DNA from: Myxococcales bacterium
Lineage (GTDB): Bacteria > Myxococcota_A > Polyangia > Polyangiales > Polyangiaceae
Length of the DNA: 64,000 nucleotides
Direction of reading: 5' to 3'
Assembly (NCBI GenBank): GCA_043747615.1
Contig: JAYTOU010000033.1
Coordinates: forward strand, 96,001 to 160,000
Shown: positions 27,901 through 37,233 of the stretch, in pieces
Numbering within the stretch: the first letter of the stretch is position 1
Layout of the letters: every line of letters starts with the position of its first letter
Program-made: the position numbers and the translations under genes
Notes under the pieces: model-generated
Told to the model about the DNA's origin: nothing
The model's database searches: none
What the model saw: only the letters and a program-made list of their open reading frames with translations

Positions 27901-28105
27901 GTACTGCGAGAAGAACGAGCCCTTGCCGATCGTGATGGACGACGTGCTCGTGAACTTCGATGGTCTGCGCGCGAAGCAGCTCCTCCTAGCCCTTCGTGAC
28001 GTCTCGCTCCAGACCCAGGTACTCTTCTTCACGTGCCATCCGCACATCGTCGCGCTCGCCCGCGACGTGTTTCCCGACGCGCGCGCCATCGCGATCGATC
28101 GCTAG
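24965..28105 (+). CDS. yhaN: Rad50/SbcC-like coiled-coil ATPase (YhaN, AAA_27 family)
   Basis: Walker A GPNEAGKTT; long coiled coil; LSTGTRELLFLAIRLA; Walker B VMDDVLVNFD; FTCH; TTGA overlap with yhaO. Confidence 0.9.
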   Translation: MKISAFEIESFGHFRSKTFDVKAPFVLLHGPNEAGKTTLLAFLRGLLFGFGEKNPYAFDRNEEMAGSATVRLRSGESLSFRRRKGRKNPIDGQLGEGKTPVDEAKLFSLLGDANAALFENVFAFGLAELGLGEKSLAHASLTSAIYAGALGGGRDVRAVLASLDASLGALFKDRGKNQPIAASFAEYIRLRDASQAAALRAKDFALVLDQSTEANARAAGLKAKLEAERTELDALERIQKALPLFARRQAAVAELSTLEAVPGTNEAARRRVIERAAEIRRLAFEEVQLRATQDIADPKKELRALAADVARRMPGWDLDTLRTRAPDVLRIQELTSARALLDSKLENFGAAIADAEKQLAHVALEKKEHETELARAPDEALREVVERAPIHAELARAREVRRARCESLSRDLQTTRARLEPPVEMKDPRVPDVEVVREQRAVFEALTLAHQRASDELSRARKTVSDLAEDTGAATSTRSLPTLESLADTRAYRDKGIELLGEKEDLFVAAARKSWLGKRRILLADAVREAVVVADVEADTLFANAAGVTARAAQVAALEAATARVVTCEGVLGATGERLTAFTTTWNALWRPAGIVPFPPARMEAWLLDFDRIARSEGELRRAEEEMVTIDERLHAFLGEMKRLLPDAGPGDDPAALSERCKKRLASLQSARARIEESDRQRERLEKLVARTRALAADLAEPVGAWKNAWASVAAPFGDAAPEEVNRRASELAEARTKLVLLEERTAYRRVNEEARAIWQAQLDALYNQLTSELDGRTCAPLVELLERAEHAQALERATTALEDQIAGAAGATARATFFEVLAQSSPIEVEARRTEIARSLSASSTAFEQTLREAAVAENAWARLDGTSESARLLMEAESKRTELGELVDRWAPMAIARHVLTESIARFERENQPALLTRVSALFEQVTTGEYVRVRQRLGEHDLLVVARGGAERKVDQLSTGTRELLFLAIRLAYVGEYCEKNEPLPIVMDDVLVNFDGLRAKQLLLALRDVSLQTQVLFFTCHPHIVALARDVFPDARAIAIDR

Positions 28106-28271
28106 ACGCGAGAGGAGCTCGGCTGCGGCGCGGCTGAGATGGGGGTGGCCTCCGAGGTAGGTTTTCGTTCGCCAGTGACGCGACGAGCCCGTCCGCACGA
28201 GCAGCGCTCACCGGGCAGACCGGGATGAGTCTCCATCCCCGCCCCCACCACGTGCGACAGATCGACGAGCG

Positions 28272-30260
28272 TCACTTGGAAGGAGCGGGTTGGTCGACGA
28301 TGGTGATGTCGCGCAGGAGCTCCTTGAAGCTCACGCGGAGCTCGGCGAGCTTGGAGTCGATCTCCACGGCCTGCTTCGTGATGTCGTCGAGGCGGGTCGC
28401 CATGTCTCCGAGACGGCCCGTGAGCTTCGCTTGGAGCGCCCCGGCCGACTTGTTTTTCTCGATGGCCCGAAGGTTTCGCCGCGTCTCTTCGGTCTGTTGC
28501 GAGAGGTTATTTTGCTCGACGGACAGCCGCTGGCGCGCCTCGCTCTTGGCGACTATTTCGTTTCGGAGCTTCCACGCCGCGGTCAGCTTGGCGGCCGTCG
28601 CGCGGTCCGCCTTGGGGTCGACGAGGTAAGCCTTGACGGCGTTGTCGGCGACGACCGTGAACCAATCGGTGACCCGGCGAATGATGGCGCGCTCGTCCAC
28701 GACCAGCTCGCTCGTGGCATGCGGGGGGACGCCCGACGGAACGAGCGCCGAGCCCGTTCCCACGTTGTCCTCGGTGTTCTTCGGCGGGTTGAACAAGCGC
28801 GTCCCGTTGATGCGGGAGTGTTTCACCAGCATCTTGGCAGGAAGATCGCCGCCGTTGCGCAGCCGGTACTTCGTCTGGGTGACCGCATCGCGCTCCACCG
28901 TCAGCTCGCCATTTTCGATCTTCGCGATCCGCTCGCCGAGCTCGTCGAACTTTTGCTCTTTGTCCACCGCGAGCGCGCGTTCGAGCGCGAAAGGGACTGT
29001 CGCCGACGCCGCATCCGGGAGCGGATCGACCATGCCTTGACCAAGAAAAGACCCAGCCTCGAACACCGCGATCGGACCGCGCTCGAGAACGCCACCGGTG
29101 CGATTGGAGAAGCGCGCTACGCGAAACGGGTGACTCATCGAGTCCGGAACGCCGCCATCGGGTGCGAAGAGAAAAATCGCCTCGCCCGGCACGCGCTTCG
29201 ACAGGAGCATGACCATCGTCGCGCTCTTGTCAGGCACGGTCACGGTCACCGGCAGATCGTAGCGCGTCGTTCCGCCTTCCACGGCGACGGCCGCGAGCGA
29301 GCGCATGTTCCGCGGAGCAGAAATATTTCTTTCCATCGGGGGCGGAGGTGGCGGCGACATCGGGGCGCGCATTTTAGCGGGCGCAGGAGCGGTAGACGCT
29401 GTCGCCGCGGGCGCCGTCACTCTCTTGTCCTGCGAACGTCGGGCAAGGCCACCCGGACCACCGCCCTTGCCCCCCATCGCTTCGGTCTTGGGAGCGGTCG
29501 CACGTGGGCTGTCCGATTGCGCTTGCGGGTCCGCATCGGGCTCCTCGTCCCGCGGTTGCGACGCTTCCTTCGCGACAGGGGCTGCGGGCGCTAGCTCTTG
29601 GCGGAGCGAGGTTTCCGATTTCGGAACCGCTGCGATGACCTCGCCCTCGTCGGTCACGATCGGCCGCGTCGGAATGACCGGGGTCGCGAGCTGCGTTTCG
29701 AAGGCGAGAGGAGCGCCGGCAACGAGCGACAAGCGAACGTCCTTCCAATCTTCGCCCGACAGGTTCTGCACGATTCCCCACGCCTGAAGGTCGGCCTCAC
29801 CGCCCGGCTGGACGACGAGGCGGTACGAAGGCCGCCACACGGGAGACTCGGCGATGTACCCGATGCTGAGATCATGGGCGCGCCCGTCGAGCGACAAAAC
29901 AACCGTTTTTAGCCCTTTTTTCTCGTCGTCCGTCTTTTTCTTCTTCGGCGCGTCGTCCCCCTCGTTGTCGGCATCGACGTTCAGCGGGAAGGCTGCGGCC
30001 CGCACGGAGCTTCCACCCCGCTCGATCACCGCGAGGCTCGCGAGAAAATCGCCGACCTCCGTCTCCTTCATCTTGAAGCGAACTTCCGTGTCCTCGACGT
30101 GCCCCGACCGCTCGAAGTAGCCGACCCCGTTCCGGTAGAGGACCACCTTCTTGAGCGGGAGCGCGTCGGTCGACACGAGCGCCTCACGGCCGCAACCGAC
30201 GGCAAAGACCGTGAGAAGGATGGCGCATCCGGATCGCGAAGCTTTCCCGGCGTTTTTCAT
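28272..30260 (-). CDS. DUF4139/DUF4140-type lipoprotein with C-terminal coiled coil
   Basis: Lipobox AVGC; LKKVVLYRNGVGYFERSG; WRPSYRL; WGIVQNLSGEDWKDVRLSLVAGAP. Confidence 0.85.
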   Translation of the reverse strand: MKNAGKASRSGCAILLTVFAVGCGREALVSTDALPLKKVVLYRNGVGYFERSGHVEDTEVRFKMKETEVGDFLASLAVIERGGSSVRAAAFPLNVDADNEGDDAPKKKKTDDEKKGLKTVVLSLDGRAHDLSIGYIAESPVWRPSYRLVVQPGGEADLQAWGIVQNLSGEDWKDVRLSLVAGAPLAFETQLATPVIPTRPIVTDEGEVIAAVPKSETSLRQELAPAAPVAKEASQPRDEEPDADPQAQSDSPRATAPKTEAMGGKGGGPGGLARRSQDKRVTAPAATASTAPAPAKMRAPMSPPPPPPMERNISAPRNMRSLAAVAVEGGTTRYDLPVTVTVPDKSATMVMLLSKRVPGEAIFLFAPDGGVPDSMSHPFRVARFSNRTGGVLERGPIAVFEAGSFLGQGMVDPLPDAASATVPFALERALAVDKEQKFDELGERIAKIENGELTVERDAVTQTKYRLRNGGDLPAKMLVKHSRINGTRLFNPPKNTEDNVGTGSALVPSGVPPHATSELVVDERAIIRRVTDWFTVVADNAVKAYLVDPKADRATAAKLTAAWKLRNEIVAKSEARQRLSVEQNNLSQQTEETRRNLRAIEKNKSAGALQAKLTGRLGDMATRLDDITKQAVEIDSKLAELRVSFKELLRDITIVDQPAPSK

Positions 30261-30327
30261 CCCGGCATCTACGCATGAGTCCGGTTGCGCGGTCTATGTC
30301 AAAGCCAAAGGCGAGCCACCTGAGCTT

Positions 30328-30343
30328 TGGCATGATTGTCGCT
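30328..30343 (+). promoter_or_regulatory. sigma54 -24/-12 element upstream of rpoN
   Basis: TGGCATGATTGTCGCT, GG-N10-GC, ending 34 bp before the rpoN ATG. Confidence 0.55.
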
Positions 30344-30377
30344 TAGCGTCGGCAAAAGAGTGTTAAGCTGAGCGAGT

Positions 30378-31904
30378 ATGGAAATAAAGCAACAGCTCAA
30401 ACTCAGTCAGCAGCTCGTCATGACGCCGCAGCTGCAGCAGGCCATTCGCCTCCTCCAGCTGTCTCGGATGGAGCTGATCGACGAGATTCGGAAAGAGCTC
30501 GACGCGAACCCGGTTCTGGCGGACGACGAGATCGATCCGAAGGCCCGTGGGGCGCAGGCCGAAGGGCTGTCAGGTGATGCCGCGCAAGGCGGAGTCGCCA
30601 CCGATGAACGCGTGGATCGCATGGAGGCGCTCGACCGCCTGAAGAGTGCCGACCCGCAGACCCGCAAAGACGAAAAGACGGCCCAAGACATCGACTGGGA
30701 AGCCTTCATCGAGAACCGGACGCTCCAGCAGCCGCTCCCGGCGAACCGCGGCGGCTTCGACGATCTCCCCCCGATCGAACAGAACCTTACGAAGGCCCAG
30801 AGCCTCGTCGATCACCTGAAATGGCAGCTCCAGCTGAGCGACTTCACCGACGACGAGCGCCGATTTGCCGAGCTCGTGCTGGGAAACCTAGACGAGAACG
30901 GATTTTTGGATCTGAAAGGCATCGAGCGCGACAACGGCGAGAGGACGCCGGACATCGCGATCGAGCAGCTCGCAGAGGAGTCGGGTCTCGATCCGGAAGA
31001 TGCTCCCGAAGTGCTGCGGATCATGCAGGAGTGGGATCCGGTGGGCGCCTGCTCACGCGACCTGAAAGAGTGCCTGCGTGTTCAAGCCGAAGTCTTCAAC
31101 TACGAAGAGCTCGATCTCACGATCATCGAAAAGCACCTCCACAATCTGGAGAAGCACAATTACCAGGCGATCGCGCGCGATCTGAAAGTACCGGTCGAAG
31201 AGGTCTACGAGTCGGTCAAGGAAATCCAGAAGCTCGAGAGCCGCCCGGCCCGAAACTTCAGCGAGACCGACGAGCGAACGATCGCGATTACGCCCGACGT
31301 CTACGTCATCAAGGACGGCGAAAAGTTCGTGGTCACCGACAACGATCGCGGCGTCCAGCGTCTCTACATCAACGAAGCGCTGACCAAGAACCTTCTCAAG
31401 GATCCGAACGCCAAGGAATTCATCGGAGAAAAGCTGCGGAATGCGCAGTGGCTCATTCGCGCCATCGAACAGCGCAGAAAGACGATCATCCGGGTGACGG
31501 AGTGCATCGTCGACAAGCAGCGCGACTTTTTCGAAAAAGGCGTCTCGTTCTTGAAGCCCATGATCTTGCGTGACGTGGCCGATACCGTCGGCATGCATGA
31601 GTCGACGATCAGCCGGGTGACGACGAACAAATACGTCCACACGCCTCAGGGACTCTTCGAGCTCAAGTACTTCTTCAACTCCTCGATTCGCAGGGTGAGC
31701 GAGGAAGACATCGCCAGCGAGAGTGTGAAGCAGGCGATCAAGAAGATCATCGAAGGAGAGGACAAGCAGAACCCGTTGTCGGATCAAGCCATCGTAGAGA
31801 TACTGGCGAAGAACGACGGCATTCAAATTGCCCGCCGGACTGTCGCCAAATACCGCGAAATGCTGGGGATCCTCGCTTCAAGCAAACGCAAGAAACTCTT
31901 CTAA
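30378..31904 (+). CDS. rpoN: RNA polymerase sigma-54 factor
   Basis: QQLVMTPQLQQAIRLLQLS; MHESTISRVT; RpoN box ARRTVAKYRE. Confidence 0.98.
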   Translation: MEIKQQLKLSQQLVMTPQLQQAIRLLQLSRMELIDEIRKELDANPVLADDEIDPKARGAQAEGLSGDAAQGGVATDERVDRMEALDRLKSADPQTRKDEKTAQDIDWEAFIENRTLQQPLPANRGGFDDLPPIEQNLTKAQSLVDHLKWQLQLSDFTDDERRFAELVLGNLDENGFLDLKGIERDNGERTPDIAIEQLAEESGLDPEDAPEVLRIMQEWDPVGACSRDLKECLRVQAEVFNYEELDLTIIEKHLHNLEKHNYQAIARDLKVPVEEVYESVKEIQKLESRPARNFSETDERTIAITPDVYVIKDGEKFVVTDNDRGVQRLYINEALTKNLLKDPNAKEFIGEKLRNAQWLIRAIEQRRKTIIRVTECIVDKQRDFFEKGVSFLKPMILRDVADTVGMHESTISRVTTNKYVHTPQGLFELKYFFNSSIRRVSEEDIASESVKQAIKKIIEGEDKQNPLSDQAIVEILAKNDGIQIARRTVAKYREMLGILASSKRKKLF

Positions 31905-32025
31905 CGCGAGCCGTTTTTGAGGCGTAGTCTTTAGGGAGCATCGCCCGTCGGCACCCGCGTGGGAGACAGCGATCCCGCGCACACCTTTCCAAAGCGGTTC
32001 CACCTGTCAGGAGGTTCGGCCCATT

Positions 32026-32370
32026 ATGAATATCGCCATCACGTTTCGGCATATGGAAGCGACCGAGGCCGTAAAGACGTACGCGACCGAAAAAGTGGGG
32101 AAGCTACAAAAGTTCTTGAAGGCGCCTCTCAAGGGTCAGGTGACGCTAAGCACCCAGCACAAGACCCACACGGCGGAGGTCGACGTTCACTCCGGCCCCG
32201 AACATTTCCACGCGCACGAGACGAGCGAGGACATGTACGCGACGATCGACAAGGTGCTCGACAAGCTCGAGCGTCAGATTCGGACGGCGAAAGACGTCAC
32301 GACGACGAAGAAGAAGGGCGCCGACCGCGCGTCCGATCATCTGATCGCCGACGAGTCGGGCGAGGACTAA
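32026..32370 (+). CDS. hpf: Ribosome hibernation promoting factor (short HPF/RaiA)
   Basis: MNIAITFRHMEATEAVKTY..EDMYATIDKVLDKLERQI; follows rpoN. Confidence 0.93.
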   Translation: MNIAITFRHMEATEAVKTYATEKVGKLQKFLKAPLKGQVTLSTQHKTHTAEVDVHSGPEHFHAHETSEDMYATIDKVLDKLERQIRTAKDVTTTKKKGADRASDHLIADESGED

Positions 32371-32412
32371 AGCTTTTCGCTTCTTTCCCGCGCCGACAGA
32401 GACAAGCTGCTC

Positions 32413-32895
32413 ATGCGACTGACCGAACTTCTCTCGGTGGACCGAGTCCGCGTCCGAGGGCGAGATGACCGCTCCTCACCCGCATCGCTCTCCAAGAGAG
32501 ACGCCATCGATGTCTTGGCAGGGCTGCTCGGCGAAGGCGCGGGTGTTTCTCGCGACGACGTGGCAGACGTTCTCGCCGAGCGCGAGGCGCTTCAGTCGAC
32601 CGGAATCGGAGATGGCGTGGCCATCCCCCACGGCGCCCTCCCCAGCCTCGACAAGCAGTGGGCGGCGCTCCTCATCGTTCCGGAAGGAATGGAATTCGAG
32701 GCCATCGACGGGACGAAAGTCTATCTGCTCTTCGCCGTGGTTGGCCCCAAGCGCGCTACGGGCGAGCATCTGAAAACGCTCGCGCGGATCTCCCGTCTCC
32801 TTCGAAATAAAGCGTTTCGCGATCAGCTGATTGCTGCCGAGAGCGGGAAGGTCGCCTACGATCTTCTCGTCGCCGAGGAGACCGACCGGCAATGA
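32413..32895 (+). CDS. ptsN: PTS EIIA (Ntr/fructose-type) protein
   Basis: REALQSTGIGDGVAIPHG with the phospho-His; HLKTLARISRLL. Confidence 0.92.
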   Translation: MRLTELLSVDRVRVRGRDDRSSPASLSKRDAIDVLAGLLGEGAGVSRDDVADVLAEREALQSTGIGDGVAIPHGALPSLDKQWAALLIVPEGMEFEAIDGTKVYLLFAVVGPKRATGEHLKTLARISRLLRNKAFRDQLIAAESGKVAYDLLVAEETDRQ

Positions 32896-32917
32896 GAAAA
32901 GACCGGGGGGTCGACGC

Positions 32918-34000
32918 GTGAACGAAATTACAACGGCTGGGCTCGCATCCGATCCGCAGCTCTCGATCCAGCTTCGCCGCGTCGCCGGTGAACCTGGGCT
33001 CGAGCGGCCGATCCGTCATCCACGCGTGCAGAAGTCCGGGCTCGCCCTGACCGGTCATTTTTACGGCGTCGTCCCTACCCGCGTTCAGGTCCTCGGGGAG
33101 ACGGAGCTTTCGTACCTCGATTCGATGAACGGCGAAGCGCGCAGCGTCGCCGCCCGTGGGTTCTTCACGTTGGGGCTCTCCTGCGTCATCGTCACGAGCA
33201 ACCGCGAGCCGCCCAAGGCCCTCATTCAGGCGGCCGAAGCAAGCACGACGCCGCTCTTCGTCTCCGACAACCGATCGAGCCGCACCATCAACGCCGTCCA
33301 CGCGGTCCTCGATGATCGCCTCGCGCCGCAGACCTCGCTACACGGAGTGCTCGTAGACGTCTTCGGAGTCGGCGTTCTCTTGCTCGGAAAAAGTGGGATC
33401 GGAAAGAGCGAGTGCGCGCTCGAGCTCGTCCTGCGCGGTCATCGCCTGGTGGCCGACGATGTCGTCCGCTGCGACTGGCGGCCGCCGGGCATCGTCTTCG
33501 GGATGCCGGCCGATCTGCTTCGTCATCACATCGAGGTCCGCGGCCTCGGGGTGTTGAACGTCAAAGCGCTCTTCGGCGTAACGAGCGTTCGCGAGCGCAA
33601 GCGGATCGACATCGTCGTGCGTCTCGCGGAGTGGGAAGACCACGGAGAGTACGACCGCCTCGGCGTCGAGGAGAAGTTCAACGTCATCTTGGGGACGCCG
33701 ATTCGCGAGCTCACGGTACCGGTCAGACCGGGGCGTGACATGGGAACAATCCTCGAGATCGCAGCCCGAAACGAGCTCCTCCGCAGGGCGGGCACCAACT
33801 CGTCCGTCGAGTTCATGGGGCGTCTCGAGCAGCAGCTCGCCACCCGCGGGGTTCTTGACGAGTCCGCGAAGCGCGCGCAGCTCGCCGATTTGCAGTCGCC
33901 GCAAACGCCTCGCCAGCGGGACAGCTCGGGCGAGCTTCAGCGCGCGAACGAGAGCTCCGCATGGATCCCCGCCGTGCGCCCAAAGGTCAACGACGAATGA
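32918..34000 (+). CDS. hprK: HPr(Ser) kinase/phosphorylase
   Basis: HGVLVDVFGVGVLLLGKSGIGKSECALELVLRGHRLVADD; EVRGLG; PVRPGR; GTG start at 32918. Confidence 0.95.
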   Translation: MNEITTAGLASDPQLSIQLRRVAGEPGLERPIRHPRVQKSGLALTGHFYGVVPTRVQVLGETELSYLDSMNGEARSVAARGFFTLGLSCVIVTSNREPPKALIQAAEASTTPLFVSDNRSSRTINAVHAVLDDRLAPQTSLHGVLVDVFGVGVLLLGKSGIGKSECALELVLRGHRLVADDVVRCDWRPPGIVFGMPADLLRHHIEVRGLGVLNVKALFGVTSVRERKRIDIVVRLAEWEDHGEYDRLGVEEKFNVILGTPIRELTVPVRPGRDMGTILEIAARNELLRRAGTNSSVEFMGRLEQQLATRGVLDESAKRAQLADLQSPQTPRQRDSSGELQRANESSAWIPAVRPKVNDE

Positions 34001-35034
34001 GCCAACACGACACGACGCGGCCGACGGTGGTGGTAGTTACTGGCCTTTCAGGCGCCGGAAAAACGACGGTGCTCCACACCCTCGAGGACCTCGGCTACTT
34101 TTGCGTCGACAACTTGCCGACGGTGCTCGCGCCCCAAGCCGTCAAGGCTTGCGAAGAAGGCGGGATGACCCGCGTCGCTCTGGGAATGGACGTGCGCGTG
34201 CGGGCGTTCTTGGCGTCGACGGGCAAGGTCCTCGCCGAGCTCTCCGATGACGGCAAGCGCGACGTTCACGTGGTGTTCCTCGATGCATCGGACGAGACGC
34301 TCCTTCGTCGCTTCAGCGAGTCGCGTCGTCCTCATCCGATGAGCTCGGGGAGCGAAGGCCGCGAGGGGGCCATCGCCGTCCTCGATGGAGTGCGCCTCGA
34401 GCGCGAGCGCCTTGCTCCACTCCGCGCGGGTGCCACCGTGGTCTTCGACACCACTCACCTCTCGGTCCACGAGCTACGCCGCGCCATCATCGCACAGCTC
34501 GGCCCCTCCGCGGAGGGGGCCTCGCGCATGCTCACCCGGATCGTCTCGTTCGGATTCAAATATGGAATGCCCGCCGACGCCGACGTCGTCCTCGACGTGC
34601 GCTTCCTCGACAACCCCTACTTCGTTCCCCACTTGAAGCAGCTCCCCGGCACGGATCCGAAGGTGGCGGAGTTCGTCCTCGCGCTTCCAGAAGCCCGCAC
34701 ATTCCTCGAAAAAACGAGGGACCTTCTGATGTTCATGATGCCTAAGTTCGAGCGTGAAGGAAAAAGCTACCTGACCATCGCCATCGGCTGCACCGGCGGT
34801 CGGCATCGGTCCGTCGTGCTCACCGAGGCGCTCGCGGGAGAGCTCGCCCGCGGCACGGCAAAGCCGATCGTGACCATCGTGCATCGCGACGTGGCGCGTG
34901 GAGACGCAGCGAAGTACGCGGAGCGCGAGTCGGTCGAAGGCCTGGATCAGCGCCTCTCGAACATCGAGCTAATGGGAGCGATCAGCGCCCCGCCGCCCCC
35001 CGTCTCGACGGATCCCTCGAGAGGCAAGCCGTGA
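33997..35034 (+). CDS. rapZ: RNase adapter RapZ (YvcJ/YhbJ family P-loop protein)
   Basis: TGLSGAGKT, GYFCVDNLP, SFGFKYG, DVRFLDNPYF, IGCTGGRHRSV; ATGA overlap with hprK. Confidence 0.95.
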   Translation: MSQHDTTRPTVVVVTGLSGAGKTTVLHTLEDLGYFCVDNLPTVLAPQAVKACEEGGMTRVALGMDVRVRAFLASTGKVLAELSDDGKRDVHVVFLDASDETLLRRFSESRRPHPMSSGSEGREGAIAVLDGVRLERERLAPLRAGATVVFDTTHLSVHELRRAIIAQLGPSAEGASRMLTRIVSFGFKYGMPADADVVLDVRFLDNPYFVPHLKQLPGTDPKVAEFVLALPEARTFLEKTRDLLMFMMPKFEREGKSYLTIAIGCTGGRHRSVVLTEALAGELARGTAKPIVTIVHRDVARGDAAKYAERESVEGLDQRLSNIELMGAISAPPPPVSTDPSRGKP

Positions 35035-35306
35035 TCTCGGCCACCGCCAGTTACACGATCGTCAACGCCCTCGGCCTCCACGCGCGCGCCGCGACCAAGC
35101 TCGTGCAGCTCGCGTCCAAGTACCCCTGCGACGTCGAAGTCTCGCGCGACGGCCAGGTTGCAAACGGCAAGAGCGTCATGGGGGTGCTTCTCTTGTGCGG
35201 CTCGAGGGGCACCGTGATCGAGGTGAGCGCCAAGGGCGACCGCGCCGATGAGTGCGTCGAGGCTATCGGCGAGCTCATTGCGAACAGGTTCGGGGAATCG
35301 ACCTAG
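35031..35306 (+). CDS. ptsH: Phosphocarrier protein HPr
   Basis: NALGLHARAA (His15), ANGKSVMGVLLL (Ser46). Confidence 0.95.
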   Translation: MISATASYTIVNALGLHARAATKLVQLASKYPCDVEVSRDGQVANGKSVMGVLLLCGSRGTVIEVSAKGDRADECVEAIGELIANRFGEST

Positions 35307-35308
35307 TC

Positions 35309-37153
35309 ATGAGCGATCCGCCGACGCCGCTTCCCTCGTTTCCGCCGCCGCCTGCATCCGGGGAAACGATGCCCGAGACCCGCGTGGTCAAGGGAATCGC
35401 CGGCTCGCCGGGCGTGGCAGTGGGGCCCGCGCTGGTGATTGGTGAAATGCGTGCAGCCTACACGCGTCGACACATCCATACAGCGCAGATGGAGGCCGAG
35501 ATCGCCCGCGTGCGAAGCGCCGTCGAGAGCGCAAAGGTCAGCCTTCGCGAGGTGAGCGCACGCATGGTGAGCGCCGCGGCTCGAAACCAGGCGCCGATCC
35601 TCGAAGCATATCTCTTGATGCTCGATGATCCGCTCCTTCACGAGCGCGTGCAGAAGAAGATCCTCGTCGAGAAAAAGTGCGCGGAGTGGGCCGTTGCTGC
35701 CTCGGGCGAAGACATCCTGCGTCTCTTTCATCCGGACACGAAGTACGAGAAGGACGCCTACATCCACGAGCGGCGGCACGACGTCGAGTTCGTTTGCGAT
35801 CGCCTCCTGCGCGCGCTCATGGGGGAGCCAGGACACCTGATTCCCCGCCTCGACCAGCCGATGATCGTCGTCGCGCGCGATCTTTCCCCAGCAGACACGG
35901 CGGGCATGGTTCGGGAGCCGGCGCTCGGCTTCGTGACCGAAGTCGGAACGCGCACCAGCCACACCTCGATCATGGCGCGCGCCCTGGAAATCCCGGCGGT
36001 GGTCGGAGTGGCGAACCTCCTCAGCCTCATTCGCACCGGCGACACGATCATCGTCGACGGACTGCGTGGCGAGATCACGATCCATCCGGACGAGCAGGCC
36101 ATTGCCGATGCCCACGGCCGCTCCGCCCGGCATCTGGCATTCGCGCGCGGACTCCTTTCGGCGCGTAACGAGCCGTGCGTGACGGCCTCGGGTGAGGTCA
36201 TCACTCTCCGCGCGAACGTCGAGCTACCGGCGGAGGCGATCCTCGCGCTCGATCACGGCGCTCAAGGGATCGGTCTGTACCGCACGGAATTTTTGTACAT
36301 CGATCGCTCCACGCAGCCCACAGAGGACGAGCAGTACGAGCTCTATCGCGCGGTGGTGGAAGCCGTGGCGCCCCACCCCGTGACGTTGCGCACGTTCGAC
36401 ATCGGCGGCGACAAGTTCGCGAGCACGTTCGAGCTTCCCGTGGAGATGAACCCGGCGCTCGGACTACGCGCGGTCCGCCTTGCGCTGAGCGAGCCGAAGG
36501 TCTTCATGACCCAACTGCGAGCGATGGTGCGAGCGAGCGCGCACGGCGACGTGCGGATCATGGTGCCCATGGTCACTACCGTCCGCGAGATGCGCGAGGT
36601 GCGCGTTTTCCTGAAGCGCGCCATGGCGGAAGTGACGGAGCGAAGCCTCTGCCATGCGGAGAACATTCCGCTCGGCATGATGATCGAGGTCCCTTCCGCC
36701 GCACTGATGGCCGACATCTTCGCGCGCGAGGCGGAATTTTTCAGCATCGGCACGAACGACCTCATTCAGTACGCCCTTGCGATCGATCGCACGAGTCGCA
36801 CCCTCGCCAACCTGGCCTCACCGTTCGATCCGTCGATCCTTCGGCTCATCGCCGGTGTCGCTCGCGTCTCGCGAGAGAAAAATATTCCAACCTCGCTGTG
36901 CGGCGCGATGGCCTCCGATCCACTCGCCGCAACCCTTCTCGTCGGTCTGGGCCTGCGCGAGCTCTCCATGGAAGCGGCTGCAATTCCCGAGATAAAAGAG
37001 GCGATTCGCCGGGTGACGCTGACCGAATGCGAAGCGGCAGCAGATGAAGCCCTCACCTGTGAGAGCGCAGAAGCCGTAGAGGGGCTCGTGGCGCGACTCT
37101 TCGCCCCCCGGTTCTTCGATCTCCTGGCAGGGAGCGCAGAAGAACCACCGTAG
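35309..37153 (+). CDS. ptsI: Phosphoenolpyruvate-protein phosphotransferase (PTS enzyme I), no N-terminal GAF domain
   Basis: GIAGSPGVAVG, TSHTSIMAR (phospho-His), GIGLYRTEFLY, RTFDIGGDK, NPALGLRA, SIGTNDLIQY. Confidence 0.95.
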   Translation: MSDPPTPLPSFPPPPASGETMPETRVVKGIAGSPGVAVGPALVIGEMRAAYTRRHIHTAQMEAEIARVRSAVESAKVSLREVSARMVSAAARNQAPILEAYLLMLDDPLLHERVQKKILVEKKCAEWAVAASGEDILRLFHPDTKYEKDAYIHERRHDVEFVCDRLLRALMGEPGHLIPRLDQPMIVVARDLSPADTAGMVREPALGFVTEVGTRTSHTSIMARALEIPAVVGVANLLSLIRTGDTIIVDGLRGEITIHPDEQAIADAHGRSARHLAFARGLLSARNEPCVTASGEVITLRANVELPAEAILALDHGAQGIGLYRTEFLYIDRSTQPTEDEQYELYRAVVEAVAPHPVTLRTFDIGGDKFASTFELPVEMNPALGLRAVRLALSEPKVFMTQLRAMVRASAHGDVRIMVPMVTTVREMREVRVFLKRAMAEVTERSLCHAENIPLGMMIEVPSAALMADIFAREAEFFSIGTNDLIQYALAIDRTSRTLANLASPFDPSILRLIAGVARVSREKNIPTSLCGAMASDPLAATLLVGLGLRELSMEAAAIPEIKEAIRRVTLTECEAAADEALTCESAEAVEGLVARLFAPRFFDLLAGSAEEPP

Positions 37154-37233
37154 ACGCGCTCTTTGCTGGCGCCAAATCGTGGCTGAGGTGGTAGCGTGCC
37201 GCCGCCCCAACACTTGGGCGAGGTGATCCCTTC

